Shown: positions 50,801 to 62,800 of the stretch, piece by piece
Layout: each line of letters opens with the position of its first letter
Numbering within the stretch: position 1 is the stretch's first letter
Source of the DNA: Tubulanus polymorphus
Lineage: Eukaryota; Animalia; Nemertea
NCBI RefSeq assembly: GCF_964204645.1
Contig: NC_134033.1
Coordinates: 13,462,655 to 13,526,654, forward strand
Direction of reading: 5' to 3'
DNA: 64,000 nt
The notes under the pieces: generated by a model
Told to the model about the DNA's origin: nothing
What the model saw: the letters and a program-made list of their open reading frames with translations, nothing else
Database searches by the model: none
Translations under genes and position numbers: made by a program

Positions 50801-53800
50801 GGTCGTATCGGTGCTCGCCGATGTCGACGTGGTCACCGAAGTGGGGCTGGTAGTCGAGGAAGACGACGACGAATCCGTTGGTGAGATATCCTCGGTACTC
50901 GCCGCAGTGTATGAATCAACTGTAGTGGAACTGAGAGTCGAGGATGACGTAGACGAATCCGTTGGTGATGTCGTCACGGTGCTCGCCGATGTTGATGTGT
51001 CCACCGTAGTGGAACTGACAGTCGAGGACGAAGTAGACGAATCCGTGGTCAAGGTCGTATCGGTGCTCGCCGATGTCGATGTCGTCATCGAAGAGGGGCT
51101 GGTAGTCGAGGACGATGTAGACGAATCTATTAGTGATGTCGTCACGGTGCTCGACGAGGTAGATGTGTCTACCGAAGTTGAGCTGACAGTCGAGGACGTA
51201 GTAGACAAATCCGTTGTTAAGGTGGTAACGGTACTCGCCGAGGTCGATGTGTCTACCGTAGTGGAGCTGACAGTCGAGGATAAAGTCGACGAATCCGTTG
51301 GTGTTGTCGTCTCGGTGCTCACCGAGGTCGATGTGTCTATCGTAGTGGATGTGTCAGTCGAGGATGAAGTAGACGAATCCGTTGGTGATGTCGTATCGGT
51401 ACTCGCCGAGGACGCTGTGTCTACCGTAGTGGAGATGACAGTCGAGGATGCAGTAGACGAATCCGTTGGTGATGTCGTATCGGTGCTCACCGAGGTCGAT
51501 GTGTCTACCGTAGTTGATGTGTCAGTCGAGGATGAAGTAGACGAATCCGTTGCTGATGTCGTATCGGTACTCGCCGAGGACGATGTGTCTACCGCAGTGG
51601 AGCTGACAGTCGGGGACGAAGTAGACGAATCCGTTGCTGATGTCGTCTCGATGCTCGACGATGTAGATGTGTCTACCGTAGTAGAGGTGTCAGTCGTGGA
51701 CGAAGTAGACGAATCCGTTGGTGATGTCGTATCGGTGCTCGCCGAGGTCGATGTGTCAACCGTAGTGGAGGTGTCAGTCGGGGACGAAGTAGACGAATCG
51801 GTTGGTGATGTCGTCTCGGTGCTCGTCGATGTTGATTTGTCCACCGTAGTGGAGGTTTCAGTCGAGGACGAAGTAGACGAATCCGTTGGTGATGTCGTAT
51901 CGGTGCTCGCCGAGGTCGATGTGTCTACCGTAGTGGAGGTGTCAGTCGAAGACGAAATCGACGAATCCGTTGGTGATGTCGTCTCGGCGCTCACCGAGGT
52001 CGATGTGTCTATCGAAGTGGATGTGTCAGTCGAGGATGAAGTAGACGAATCCGTTGGTGATGTCGTATCGGTGCTCGCCGAGGTCGATGTGTCAACCGTA
52101 GTGGAGGTGTCATTTGAAGATGAAGTCGACGAATCCGTTGGTGATGTCGTCTCGGTGCTCACCGATGTCGATGTGTCTACCGTAGTGGAGGTGTCAGACG
52201 AGGACGAAGTAGACGTATCCGTTGGTGATGTCGTCACGGTGCTCGACGAGGTAGATGTGTCTACCGTAGTGGAGCTGACAGTCAAGGATGAAGTCGACGA
52301 ATCCGTTGGTTTTGTCGTCTCGGTGCTCACCGAGGTCGATGTGTCTATCGTAGTGGATGTGTCAGTCGAGGATGAAGTAGACGAATCCGTTGGTGATGTC
52401 GTGTCGGTACTCGCCGAGGACGATGTGTCTACCGCAGTGGAGCTGACAGTCGGGGACGAAGAAGACGAATCCGTTGCTGATGTCGTCTCGATGCTCGACG
52501 ATGTAGATGTGTCTACCGTAGTAGAGATGTCAGTCGTGGACGAAGTAGACGAATCCGTTGCTGATGTCGTCACGGTGCTCGACGAGGTAGATGTGTCTAC
52601 CGTAGTGGAGCTGACAGTCGAGGATGAAGTCGACGAATCCGTTGGTTTTGTCGTCTCGGTGCTCGCCGTGGTCGATGTGTCAACCGTAGTGGAGGTGTCA
52701 GTCGAAGATGAAGTCGACGAATCCGTTGGTGATGTCGTCTCGGTGCTCACCGATGTCGATGTGTCTACCGTAGTGGAGGTGTCAGTCGAGGACGAAGTAG
52801 ACGAATCCGTTGGTGATGTCGTCACGGTGCTCGACGAGGTAGATATGTCTACCGAAGTTGAGCTGACAGTCGAGGACGTAGTAGACAAATCCGTTGTTAA
52901 GGTGGTATCGGTACTCGCCGAGGTCGATGTGTCTACCGTAGTGGAGCTGACAGTCGAGGATGAAGTCGACGAATCCGTTGGTGTTGTCGTCTCGGTGCTC
53001 ACCGAGGTCGATGTGTCTATCGAAGTGGATGTGTAAGTCGAGGATGAAGTAGACGAATCCGTTGGTGATGTCGTATCGGTGCTCGCCGAGGTCGATGTGT
53101 CAACCGTAGTGGAGGTGTCAGTCGAAGATGAAGTCGACGAATCCGTTGGTGATGTCGTCTCGGTGCTGACCGATGTCGATGTGTCCACCGTAGTGGAGCT
53201 GACAGTCGAGGATGAAGTAAACGAATCCGTTGGTGATGTCGTATCGGTGCTCACCGAGGTCGATGTGTCTACCGTAGTTGATGTGTCAGTCGAGGATGAA
53301 GTAGACGAATCCGTTGGTGATGTCGTATCGGTACTCGCCGAGGTCGATGTGTCTACCGTAGTGGAGCTGACAGTCGAGGATGAAGTCGATGAATCCTTCG
53401 GTGTTGTCGTCTCGGTGCTCACCGAGGTCGATGTGTCTACCGTAGTTGATGTGTCAGTCGAGGATGAAGTAGACGAATCCGTTGGTGATGTCGTCTCGGT
53501 GCTAGCCGATGTCGATGTGTCTACCGTAGTGGAGCTGACAGTGGAGGATGAAGTAGACGAATCCGTTGGTGATGTCGTATCGGTGCTCACCGAGGTCGAT
53601 GTGTCTATCGTAGTGGAGGTGTCAGTCGAGGATGAAGTAGACGAATAGATTGGTGATGTCGTATCGGTGCTCGCCGAGGTCGATGTGTCTACCGTAGTGG
53701 AGGTGTCAGTCGAGGACGAAGTAGACGAATCGGTTGGTGATGTCGTCTCGGTGCTCGTCGATGTTGATTTGTCCACCGTAGTGGAGGTTTCAGTCGAGGA

Positions 53801-56800
53801 CGAAGTAGACGAATCCGTTGGTGATGTCGTCTCGGTGCTCGACGAGGTCGATGTGTCTACCGTAGTTGAGCTGACAGTCGAGGACGAAGTAGACAAATCC
53901 GTTGATGAGGTCGTATCGGTGCTCACCGAGGTCGATGTGTCTACCGTAGTTGAGCTGACAGTCGAAGGAGAAGTAGATGAAATGGTTGGTGATGTCGTTT
54001 CGGTGCTAGCCGATGTCGATGTGTCTATCGTTGTTGATGTGTCAGTTGAGGACGAAGTAGACGAATCCGTTAGTGATGTCGACTCGGTGCTCGACGAGGT
54101 CGATGTGTCTACTGTAGTGGATGTGTCAGTTGAGGACGAAGTAGTCGTATCCGTTGGTGATGTCGACTCGGTGCTCGACGAGGTAGATGTGTCTACCGTT
54201 GTTGAGCTGACAGTCGAGGACGAAATAGACGAACCCGTTGGTGATGTCGTCTCGGTGCTCGCCGATGTTGATGTGTCCCTCGTAGTGGACGTGTCAGTCG
54301 AGGACGAAATAGACGAAACTGTTGTTGAGGTCGTATCTGTGCTCACCGGGGTCGATGTGTCTACCGTAGTAGAGCTGGCAGTCGTGGATGAAATAGACGA
54401 ATCCGTTGCCGATGTCGTCTCGGTGCTCGCCGAGGTCGATGTGTCTACCGTAGTGGATGTGTCAGTCGTCGAGGACGAAGTCGACGAAACCGTTGGTGAT
54501 GTCGTCTCGGTGCTCGACGAGGTAGATGTATCTACCGTAGTTGAGCTGACAGTCGAAGGAGAAGTAGAAGAATCCGTTGGTGATGTCGTATCGGTGCTCG
54601 ACGATATCGATGTGTCTACCGTAGTGGATGTGTCTGTTGCGGACGAAGTAGACGAATCCATTGGTGATGTCGTCACGGTGCTCGCCGATGTTGATGTGTC
54701 CACCGTAGTGGAACTGGCAGTAGAGGACGAAGTTGACGAATCAGTTGTTAAGGTCGTATCGCTACTCGCCAAGGTCGATATGTCCACCGTAGTGGATGTG
54801 TCAGTCGAGGACGAAATAGACGAATCCGTTGTTAAGGTCGTCTCTGTGCTCGCCGACGTCGATGTGTCTACCGTAGAGCTGACAGTCGAGGATGAAATAG
54901 ACGAATCCGTTGGTGATGTTGTCTCGGTGCTCACCGTGGTAGATGTTTCTATCGTAGTTGAGCTGACAGTCGAAGGAGAAGTAGACGAATCCGTTGGTGA
55001 TATCGTCACGGTGCTCGCCAATGTTGATGTGTCCACCGTAGTGGATGTGTCAGTCGAGGATGAAGTAGACGAATCTTTTGTGTTGGTCGTATCGGTGCTC
55101 GCCGATGTCGACGTGGTCACCGAAGTGGGGCTGGTAGTCGAGGAAGACGACGACGAATCCGTTGGTGAGATATCCTCGGTACTCGCCGCAGTGGATGAAT
55201 CAACTGTAGTGGAACTGAGAGTCGAGGATGACGTAGAAGAATCCGTTGGTGAGGTCACCTCGGTAGTCGCCGATGTGGAAGTATCAACTGTACTAGAGCT
55301 CAGAGTCGAGGACGACGACGACGAATCCGTTGGTGATGTCGTCACGTTGCTCGCCGATGTTGATGTGTCCACCGTAGTGGAACTGACAGTCGAGGACGAA
55401 GTAGACGAATCCGTGGTCAAGGTCGTATCGGTGCTCGCCGATGTCGATGTCGTCATCGAAGAGGGGCTGGTAGTCGAGGACGATGTAGACGAATCTATTA
55501 GTGATGTCGTCACGGTGCTCGCCGAGGTCGATGTGTCTACCGTAGTGGATGTGTCGGTCGAGGACGAAGTAGACGATTCCGTTGGTGATGTCGTCTCGGT
55601 GCTCGCCGATGTTGATGTGTCCACCGTAGTTGAGCTGACGGTCGAGGACGAAGTAGACAAATCCGTTGTTGATGTCGTCTCGGTGCTCGCCGATGTCGAT
55701 GTGTCTACCGTAGTGGAGCTGACAGTCGAGGATGAAGTCGACGAATCCGTTGGTGTTGTCGACTCGGTGCTCACCGAGGTCGATGTGTCTACCGTAGTTG
55801 ATGTGTCAGTCGAGGATGAAGTAGACGAATCCGTTGGTGATGTCGTCTCGGTGCTCGCCGATGTCGATGTGTCTATCGTAGTGGAGCTGACAGTCGAGGA
55901 TGAAGTAGACGAATCCGTTGGTGACGTCGTCTCGGTGCTCGACGAGGATGTGTCTACCGTAGTTGATGTGTCAGTCGAGGATGACGTAGACGAATCCGTT
56001 GGTGATGTCGTCTCGGTGCTCGCCGATGTCGATGTGTCTATCGTAGTGGAGCTGACAGTCGAGGATGAAGTAGACGAATCCGTTGGTGATGTCGTCTCGG
56101 TGCTCGCCAATGTCGATGTGTCTACCGTAGTGGAGCTGACAGTCGAGGATGTAGTCGACGAATCCGTTTGTGTTGTCGTCTTGGTGCTCACCGAGGTCGA
56201 TGTGTCTACCGTAGGTGATGTGTCAGTCGAGGATGAAGTAGACGAATCCGTTGCCGATGTCGTCTCGGTGCTCGCCGAGGTCGATGTGTCTACCGTAGTG
56301 GATGTGTCAGTTGAGGACGAAGTAGACGAATCTATTGGTGACGTCGTCTCGGTGCTCGACGAGGATGTGTCTACCGTAGTGGATGTGTCAGTTGAGGACG
56401 AAGTAGTCGAATCCGTTGGTGATGTCGACTCGGTGCTCGACGAGGTCGATGTGTCTACCGTAGTGGATGTGTCAGTTGAGGACGAAGTAGTCGAATCCGT
56501 TGGTGATGTCGACTCGTTGCTCGACGAGGTAGATGTGTCTACCGTTGTTGAGCTGACAGTCGAGGATGAAATCGAGGAATCCGTTGGTGATGTCGTCTCG
56601 GTGCTCGCCGAGGTCGATGTGTCTACCGTAGAGCTGACAGACGAGGATGAAATAGACGAATCTGTTGCTGATGTCGACTCGGTGCTAGCCGATGTCGATG
56701 TGTCTATCGTGGTTGATGTGTCAGTTGAGGACGAAGTAGACGAATCCGTTAGTGATGTCGACTCGGTGCTCGACGAGGTCGATGTGTCTACTGTAGTGGA

Positions 56801-59800
56801 TGTGTCAGTTGAGGACGAAGTAGTCGAAACCGTTGGTGATGTCGTCTCGGTGCTCGACGAGGTAGATTTATCTACCGTAGTTGAGCTGACAGTCGAAGGA
56901 GAAGTAGATGAAATGGTTGGTGATGTCGTTTCGGTGCTAGCCGATGTCGATGTGTCTATCGTGGTTGATGTGTCAGTTGAGGACGAAGTAGACGAATCCG
57001 TTAGTGATGTCGACTCGGTGCTCGACGAGGTCGATGTGTCTACTGTAGTGGATGTGTCAGTTGAGGACGAAGTAGTCGAATCCGTTGGTGATGTCGACTC
57101 GGTGCTCGACGAGGTAGATGTGTCTACCGTTGTTGAGCTGACAGTCGAGGACGAAATAGACGAACCCGTTGGTGATGTCGTCTCGGTGCTCGCCGATGTT
57201 GATGTGTCCCTCGTAGTGGACGTGTCAGTCGAGGACGAAATAGACGAAACTGTTGTTGAGGTCGTATCTGTGCTCACCGGGGTCGATGTGTCTACCGTAG
57301 TAGAGCTGGCAGTCGTTGATGAAATAGACGAATCCGTTGCCGATGTCGTCTCGGTGCTCGCCGAGGTCGATGTGTCTACCGTAGTGGATGTGTCAGTCGT
57401 CGAGGACGAAGTCGACGAAACCGTTGGTGATGTCGTCTCGGTGCTCGACGAGGTAGATGTATCTACCGTAGTTGAGCTGACAGTCGAAGGAGAAGTAGAA
57501 GAATCCGTTGGTGATGTCGTCACGGTGCTCGCCGATGTTGATGTGTCCACCGTAGTGGAACTGACAGTCGAGGACGAAGTAGACGAATCCGTGGTCAAGG
57601 TCGTATCGGTGCTCGCCGATGTCGATGTCGTCATCGAAGAGGGGCTGGTAGTCGAGGACGATGTAGACGAATCTATTAGTGATGTCGTCACGGTGCTCGC
57701 CGAGGTCGATGTGTCTACCGTAGTGGATGTGTCGGTCGAGGACGAAGTAGACGATTCCGTTGGTGATGTCGTCTCTGTGCTCGCCGACGTCGATGTGTCT
57801 ACCGTAGAGCTGACAGTCGAGGATGAAATAGACGAATCCGTTGGTGATGTCGACTCGGCGCTCGACGAGGTAGATGTGTCTACCGTGGTTGATGTGTCAG
57901 TTGAGGACGAAGTAGACGAATCCGTTAGTGATGTCGACTCGGCGCTCGACGAGGTAGATGTGTCTACCGTAGTTGAGCTGATAGTCGAGGATGAAGTAGA
58001 CGAATCCATTGGTGATGTCGTCTCGGTGATCGCCGAGGTCGATGTGTCTACCGTTGTGGATGTGTCAGTTGAGGTCGCAGTAGACGAATCCGTTGTTAAG
58101 GTCCTATCGGTGCTCGCCAATGTCGATGTGGTCACCGACGTGGGACTGGTAGTCGAGGATGATGTTGACGAATACGTTGGTGATGTCGACGAGGTGCTCG
58201 ACAAGGTCGATGTGTCTACCGTTGTTGAGCTGACAGTCGTGGATGAAATAGACGAATCCGTTGCCGATGTCGTCTCGATGCTCGCCGAGGTCAAAGTGTC
58301 TATCGTAGTGGATGTGTCAGTTGAGGACGAAGTAGACGAATCCATTGGTGACGTCGTCTCGGTGCTCGACGAGGGTGTGTCTACCGTAGTGGATTTTTCA
58401 GTTGAGGACGAAGTAGTCGAATCCGTTGGTGATGTCGTCACGGTGCTCGACGAGGTAGATGTGTCTACCCAATTTGAGCTGACAGTCGAGGACGTAGTAG
58501 ACAAATCCGTTGTTAAGGTGGTATCGGTACTCGCCGAGGTCGATGTGTCTACCGTAGTGGAGCTGACAGTCGAGGATGAAGTCGACGAATCCGTTGGTGT
58601 TGTCGTCTCGGTGCTCACCGAGGTCGATGTGTCTATCGAAGTGGATGTGTCAGTCGAGGATGAAGTAGACGAATCCGTTGGTGATGTCGTATCGGTGCTC
58701 GCCGAGGTCGATGTGTCAACCGTAGTGGAGGTGTCAGTCGAAGATGAAGTTGACGAATCCGTTGGTGATGTCGTCTCGGTGCTGACCGATGTCGATGTGT
58801 CCACCGTAGTGGAGCTGACAGTCGAGGATGAAGTCGACGAATCCGTTGGTGATGTCGTATCGGTGCTCACCGAGGTCGATGTGTCTACCGTAGTTGATGT
58901 GTCAGTCGAGGATGAAGTAGACGAATCCGTTGGTGATGTCGTATCGGTACTCGCCGAGGTCGATGTGTCTACCGTAGTGGAGCTGACAGTCGAGGATGAA
59001 GTCGATGAATCCTTCGGTGTTGTCGTCTCGGTGCTCACCGAGGTCGATGTGTCTACCGTAGTTGATGTGTCAGTCGAGGATGAAGTAGAAGAATCCGTTG
59101 GTGATGTCGTATCGGTACTCGCCGAGGACGATGTGTCTACCGCAGTGGAGCTGACAGTCGGGGACGAAGTAAACGAATCCGTTGGTGATGTCGTATCGGT
59201 GCTCGCCGAAGTCGATGTGTCTACCGTAGTGGAGGTGTCAGTCGAAGATGAAGTCGACGAATCCGTTGTTGATGTCGTATCGGAACTCGCCGAGGACGAT
59301 GTGTCTACCGCAGTGGAGCTGACAGTCGGGGACGAAGTAGACGAATCCGTTGCTGATGTCGTCTCGATGCTCGACGATGTAGATGTGTCTACCGTAGTAG
59401 AGGTGTCAGTCGTGGACGAAGTAGACGAATCCGTCGGTGATGTCGTATCGGTGCTCGCCGAGGTCGATGTGTCTACCGTAGTGGAGGTGTCAGTCGAAGA
59501 TGAAGTCGACGAATCCGTTGGTGATGTCGTCTCGGTGCTCGTCGATGTTGATTTGTCCACCGTAGTGGAGGTTTCAGTCGAGGACGAAGTAGACGAATCC
59601 GTTGGTGATGTCGTCTCGGTGCTCGACGAGGTCGATGTGTCTACCGTAGTTGAGCTGACAGTCGAGGACGAAGTAGACAAATCCGTTGATGAGGTCGTAA
59701 CGGTACTCACCGAGGTCGATGTGTCTACCGTAGTGAAGGTGTCAGTCGAGGACGAAGTAGACGAATCCGTTGGTGATGTCGTCTCGGTGCTCGCCGATGT

Positions 59801-62800
59801 TGATGTGTCCACCGTAGTGGAGGTGTCAGTCGAGGACGAAGTAGACGAATCCGTTGGTGATATCGTCTCGGTGCTCGACGAGGTCGATGTGTCTACCGTA
59901 GTTGAGCTGACAGTCGAGGACGAAGTAGACAAATCCGTTGTTGAGGTCGTATCGGTGCTCGCCGAGGTCGATGTGTCAACCGTAGTGGAGGTGTCAGTCG
60001 AAGATGAAGTTGACGAATCCGTTGGTGATGTCGTCTCGGTGCTGACCGATGTCGATGTGTCCACCGTAGTGGAGCTGACAGTCGAGGATGAAGTCGACGA
60101 ATCCGTTGGTGATGTCGTATCGGTGCTCACCGAGGTCGATGTGTCTACCGTAGTTGATGTGTCAGTCGAGGATGAAGTAGACGAATCCGTTGGTGATGTC
60201 GTATCGGTACTCGCCGAGGTCGATGTGTCTACCGTAGTGGAGCTGACAGTCGAGGATGAAGTCGATGAATCCTTCGGTGTTGTCGTCTCGGTGCTCACCG
60301 AGGTCGATGTGTCTACCGTAGTTGATGTGTCAGTCGAGGATGAAGTAGAAGAATCCGTTGGTGATGTCGTATCGGTACTCGCCGAGGACGATGTGTCTAC
60401 CGTAGTGGAGCTGACAGTCGGGGACGAAGTAAACGAATCCGTTGGTGATGTCGTATCGGTGCTCGCCGAAGTCGATGTGTCTACCGTAGTGGAGGTGTCA
60501 GTCGAAGATGAAGTCGACGAATCCGTTGTTGATGTCGTATCGGTACTCGCCGAGGACGATGTGTCTACCGCAGTGGAGCTGACAGTCGGGGACGAAGTAG
60601 ACGAATCCGTTGCTGATGTCGTCTCGATGCTCGACGATGTAGATGTGTCTACCGTAGTAGAGGTGTCAGTCGTGGACGAAGTAGACGAATCCGTTGGTGA
60701 TGTCGTATCGGTGCTCGCCGAGGTCGATGTGTCTACCGTAGTGGAGGTGTCAGTCGAAGATGAAGTCGACGAATCCGTTGGTGATGTCGTCTCGGTGCTC
60801 GTCGATGTTGATTTGTCCACCGTAGTGGAGGTTTCAGTCGAGGACGAAGTAGACGAATCCGTTGGTGATGTCGTCTCGGTGCTCGACGAGGTCGATGTGT
60901 CTACCGTAGTTGAGCTGACAGTCGAGGACGAAGTAGACAAATCCGTTGATGAGGTCGTAACGGTACTCACCGAGGTCGATGTGTCTACCGTAGTGAAGGT
61001 GTCAGTCGAGGACGAAGTAGACGAATCCGTTGGTGATGTCGTCTCGGTGCTCGCCGATGTTGATGTGTCCACCGTAGTGGAGGTGTCAGTCGAGGACGAA
61101 GTAGACGAATCCGTTGGTGATATCGTCTCGGTGCTCGACGAGGTCGATGTGTCTACCGTAGTTGAGCTGACAGTCGAGGACGAAGTAGACAAATCCGTTG
61201 TTGAGGTCGTATCGGTACTCACCGAGGTCGATGTGTCTACCGTAGTGGAGCTGACAGTCGAGGATGAAGTAGACGAATCCGTTGGTGATGTCGTATCGGT
61301 GCTCGCCGAGGTCGATGTGTCTACCGTAGTGGAGGTGTCAGTCGAGGATGAAGTAGACGAATCCGTTGTTGATGTCGTATCGGTACTCGCCGAGGACGAT
61401 GTGTCTACCGCAGTGGAGCTGACAGTCGGGGACGAAGTAGACGAATCCGTTGCTGATGTCGTCTCGATGCTCGACGATGTAGATGTGTCTACCGTAGTAG
61501 AGGTGTCAGTCGTGGACGAAGTAGACGAATCCGTTGGTGATGTCGTATCGGTGCTCGCCGAGGTCGATGTGTCTACCGTAGTGGAGGTGTCAGTCGAAGA
61601 TGAAGTCGACGAATCCGTTGGTGATGTCGTCTCGGTGCTCACCGATGTCGATGTGTCTACCGTAGTGGAGGTGTCAGTCGAGGACGAAGTAGACGAATCC
61701 GTTGGTGATGTCGTCACGGTGCTCGACGAGGTAGATGTGTCTACCGAAGTTGAGCTGACAGTCGAGGACGTAGTAGACAAATCCGTTCTTAAGGTCGTAT
61801 CGGTACTCACCGAGGTCGATGTGTCTACCGTAGTGGAGCTGACAGTCGAGATTGAAGTAGATGAATCCGTTGGTGATGTTGTATCGGTACTCGCCGAGGT
61901 CGATGTGTCTACCGTAGTGGAGCTGACAGTCGAGGATGAAGTAGACGAATCCGTTGTTGATGTCGTATCGGTACTCGCCGAGGACGATGTGTCTACCGTA
62001 GTTGATGTGTCAGTCGAGGATGAAGTAGACGAATCCGTTGCTGATGTCGTATCGGTACTCGCCGAGGTCGATGTGTCTACCGCAGTGGAGGTGTCAGTCG
62101 AAGACGAAATCGACGAATCCGTTGGTGATGTCGTCTCGGTGCTCACCGATGTCGATGTGTCTACCGTAGTGGAGCTGACAGTCGAGGATGACGTCGACGA
62201 ATCCGTTGGTGTTGTCGTCTCGGCGCTCACCGAGGTCGATGTGTCTATCGAAGTGGATGTGTCAGTCGAGGATGAAGTAGACGAATCCGTTGGTGATGTC
62301 GTATCGGTGCTCGCCGAGGTCGATGTGTCAACCGTAGTGGAGGTGTCAGTCGAAGATGAAGTCGACGAATCCGTTGGTGATGTCGTCTCGAAGCTCACCG
62401 ATGTCGATGTGTCTACCGTAGTGGAGGTGTCAGTCGAGGACGAAGTAGACGAATCCGTTGGTGATGTCGTCACGGTGCTCGACGAGGTAGATATGTCTAC
62501 CGAAGTTGAGCTGACAGTCGAGGACGTAGTAGACAAATCCGTTGTTAAGGTGGTATCGGTACTCGCCGAGGTCGATGTGTCTACCGTAGTGGAGCTGACA
62601 GTCGAGGATGAAGTCGACGAATCCGTTGGTGTTGTCGTCTCGGTGCTCACCGAGGTCGATGTGTCTATCGAAGTGGATGTGTAAGTCGAGGATGAAGTAG
62701 ACGAATCCGTTGGTGATGTCGTATCGGTGCTCGCCGAGGTCGATGTGTCAACCGTAGTGGAGGTGTCAGTCGAAGATGAAGTCGACGAATCCGTTGGTGA

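Noticed and set aside
43725-62684. Plus-strand ORFs of 2159, 936, 189 and 3005 aa
   Set aside because: Antisense shadows of the gene A exon, fragmented by four stops that are only missense changes in the minus frame.
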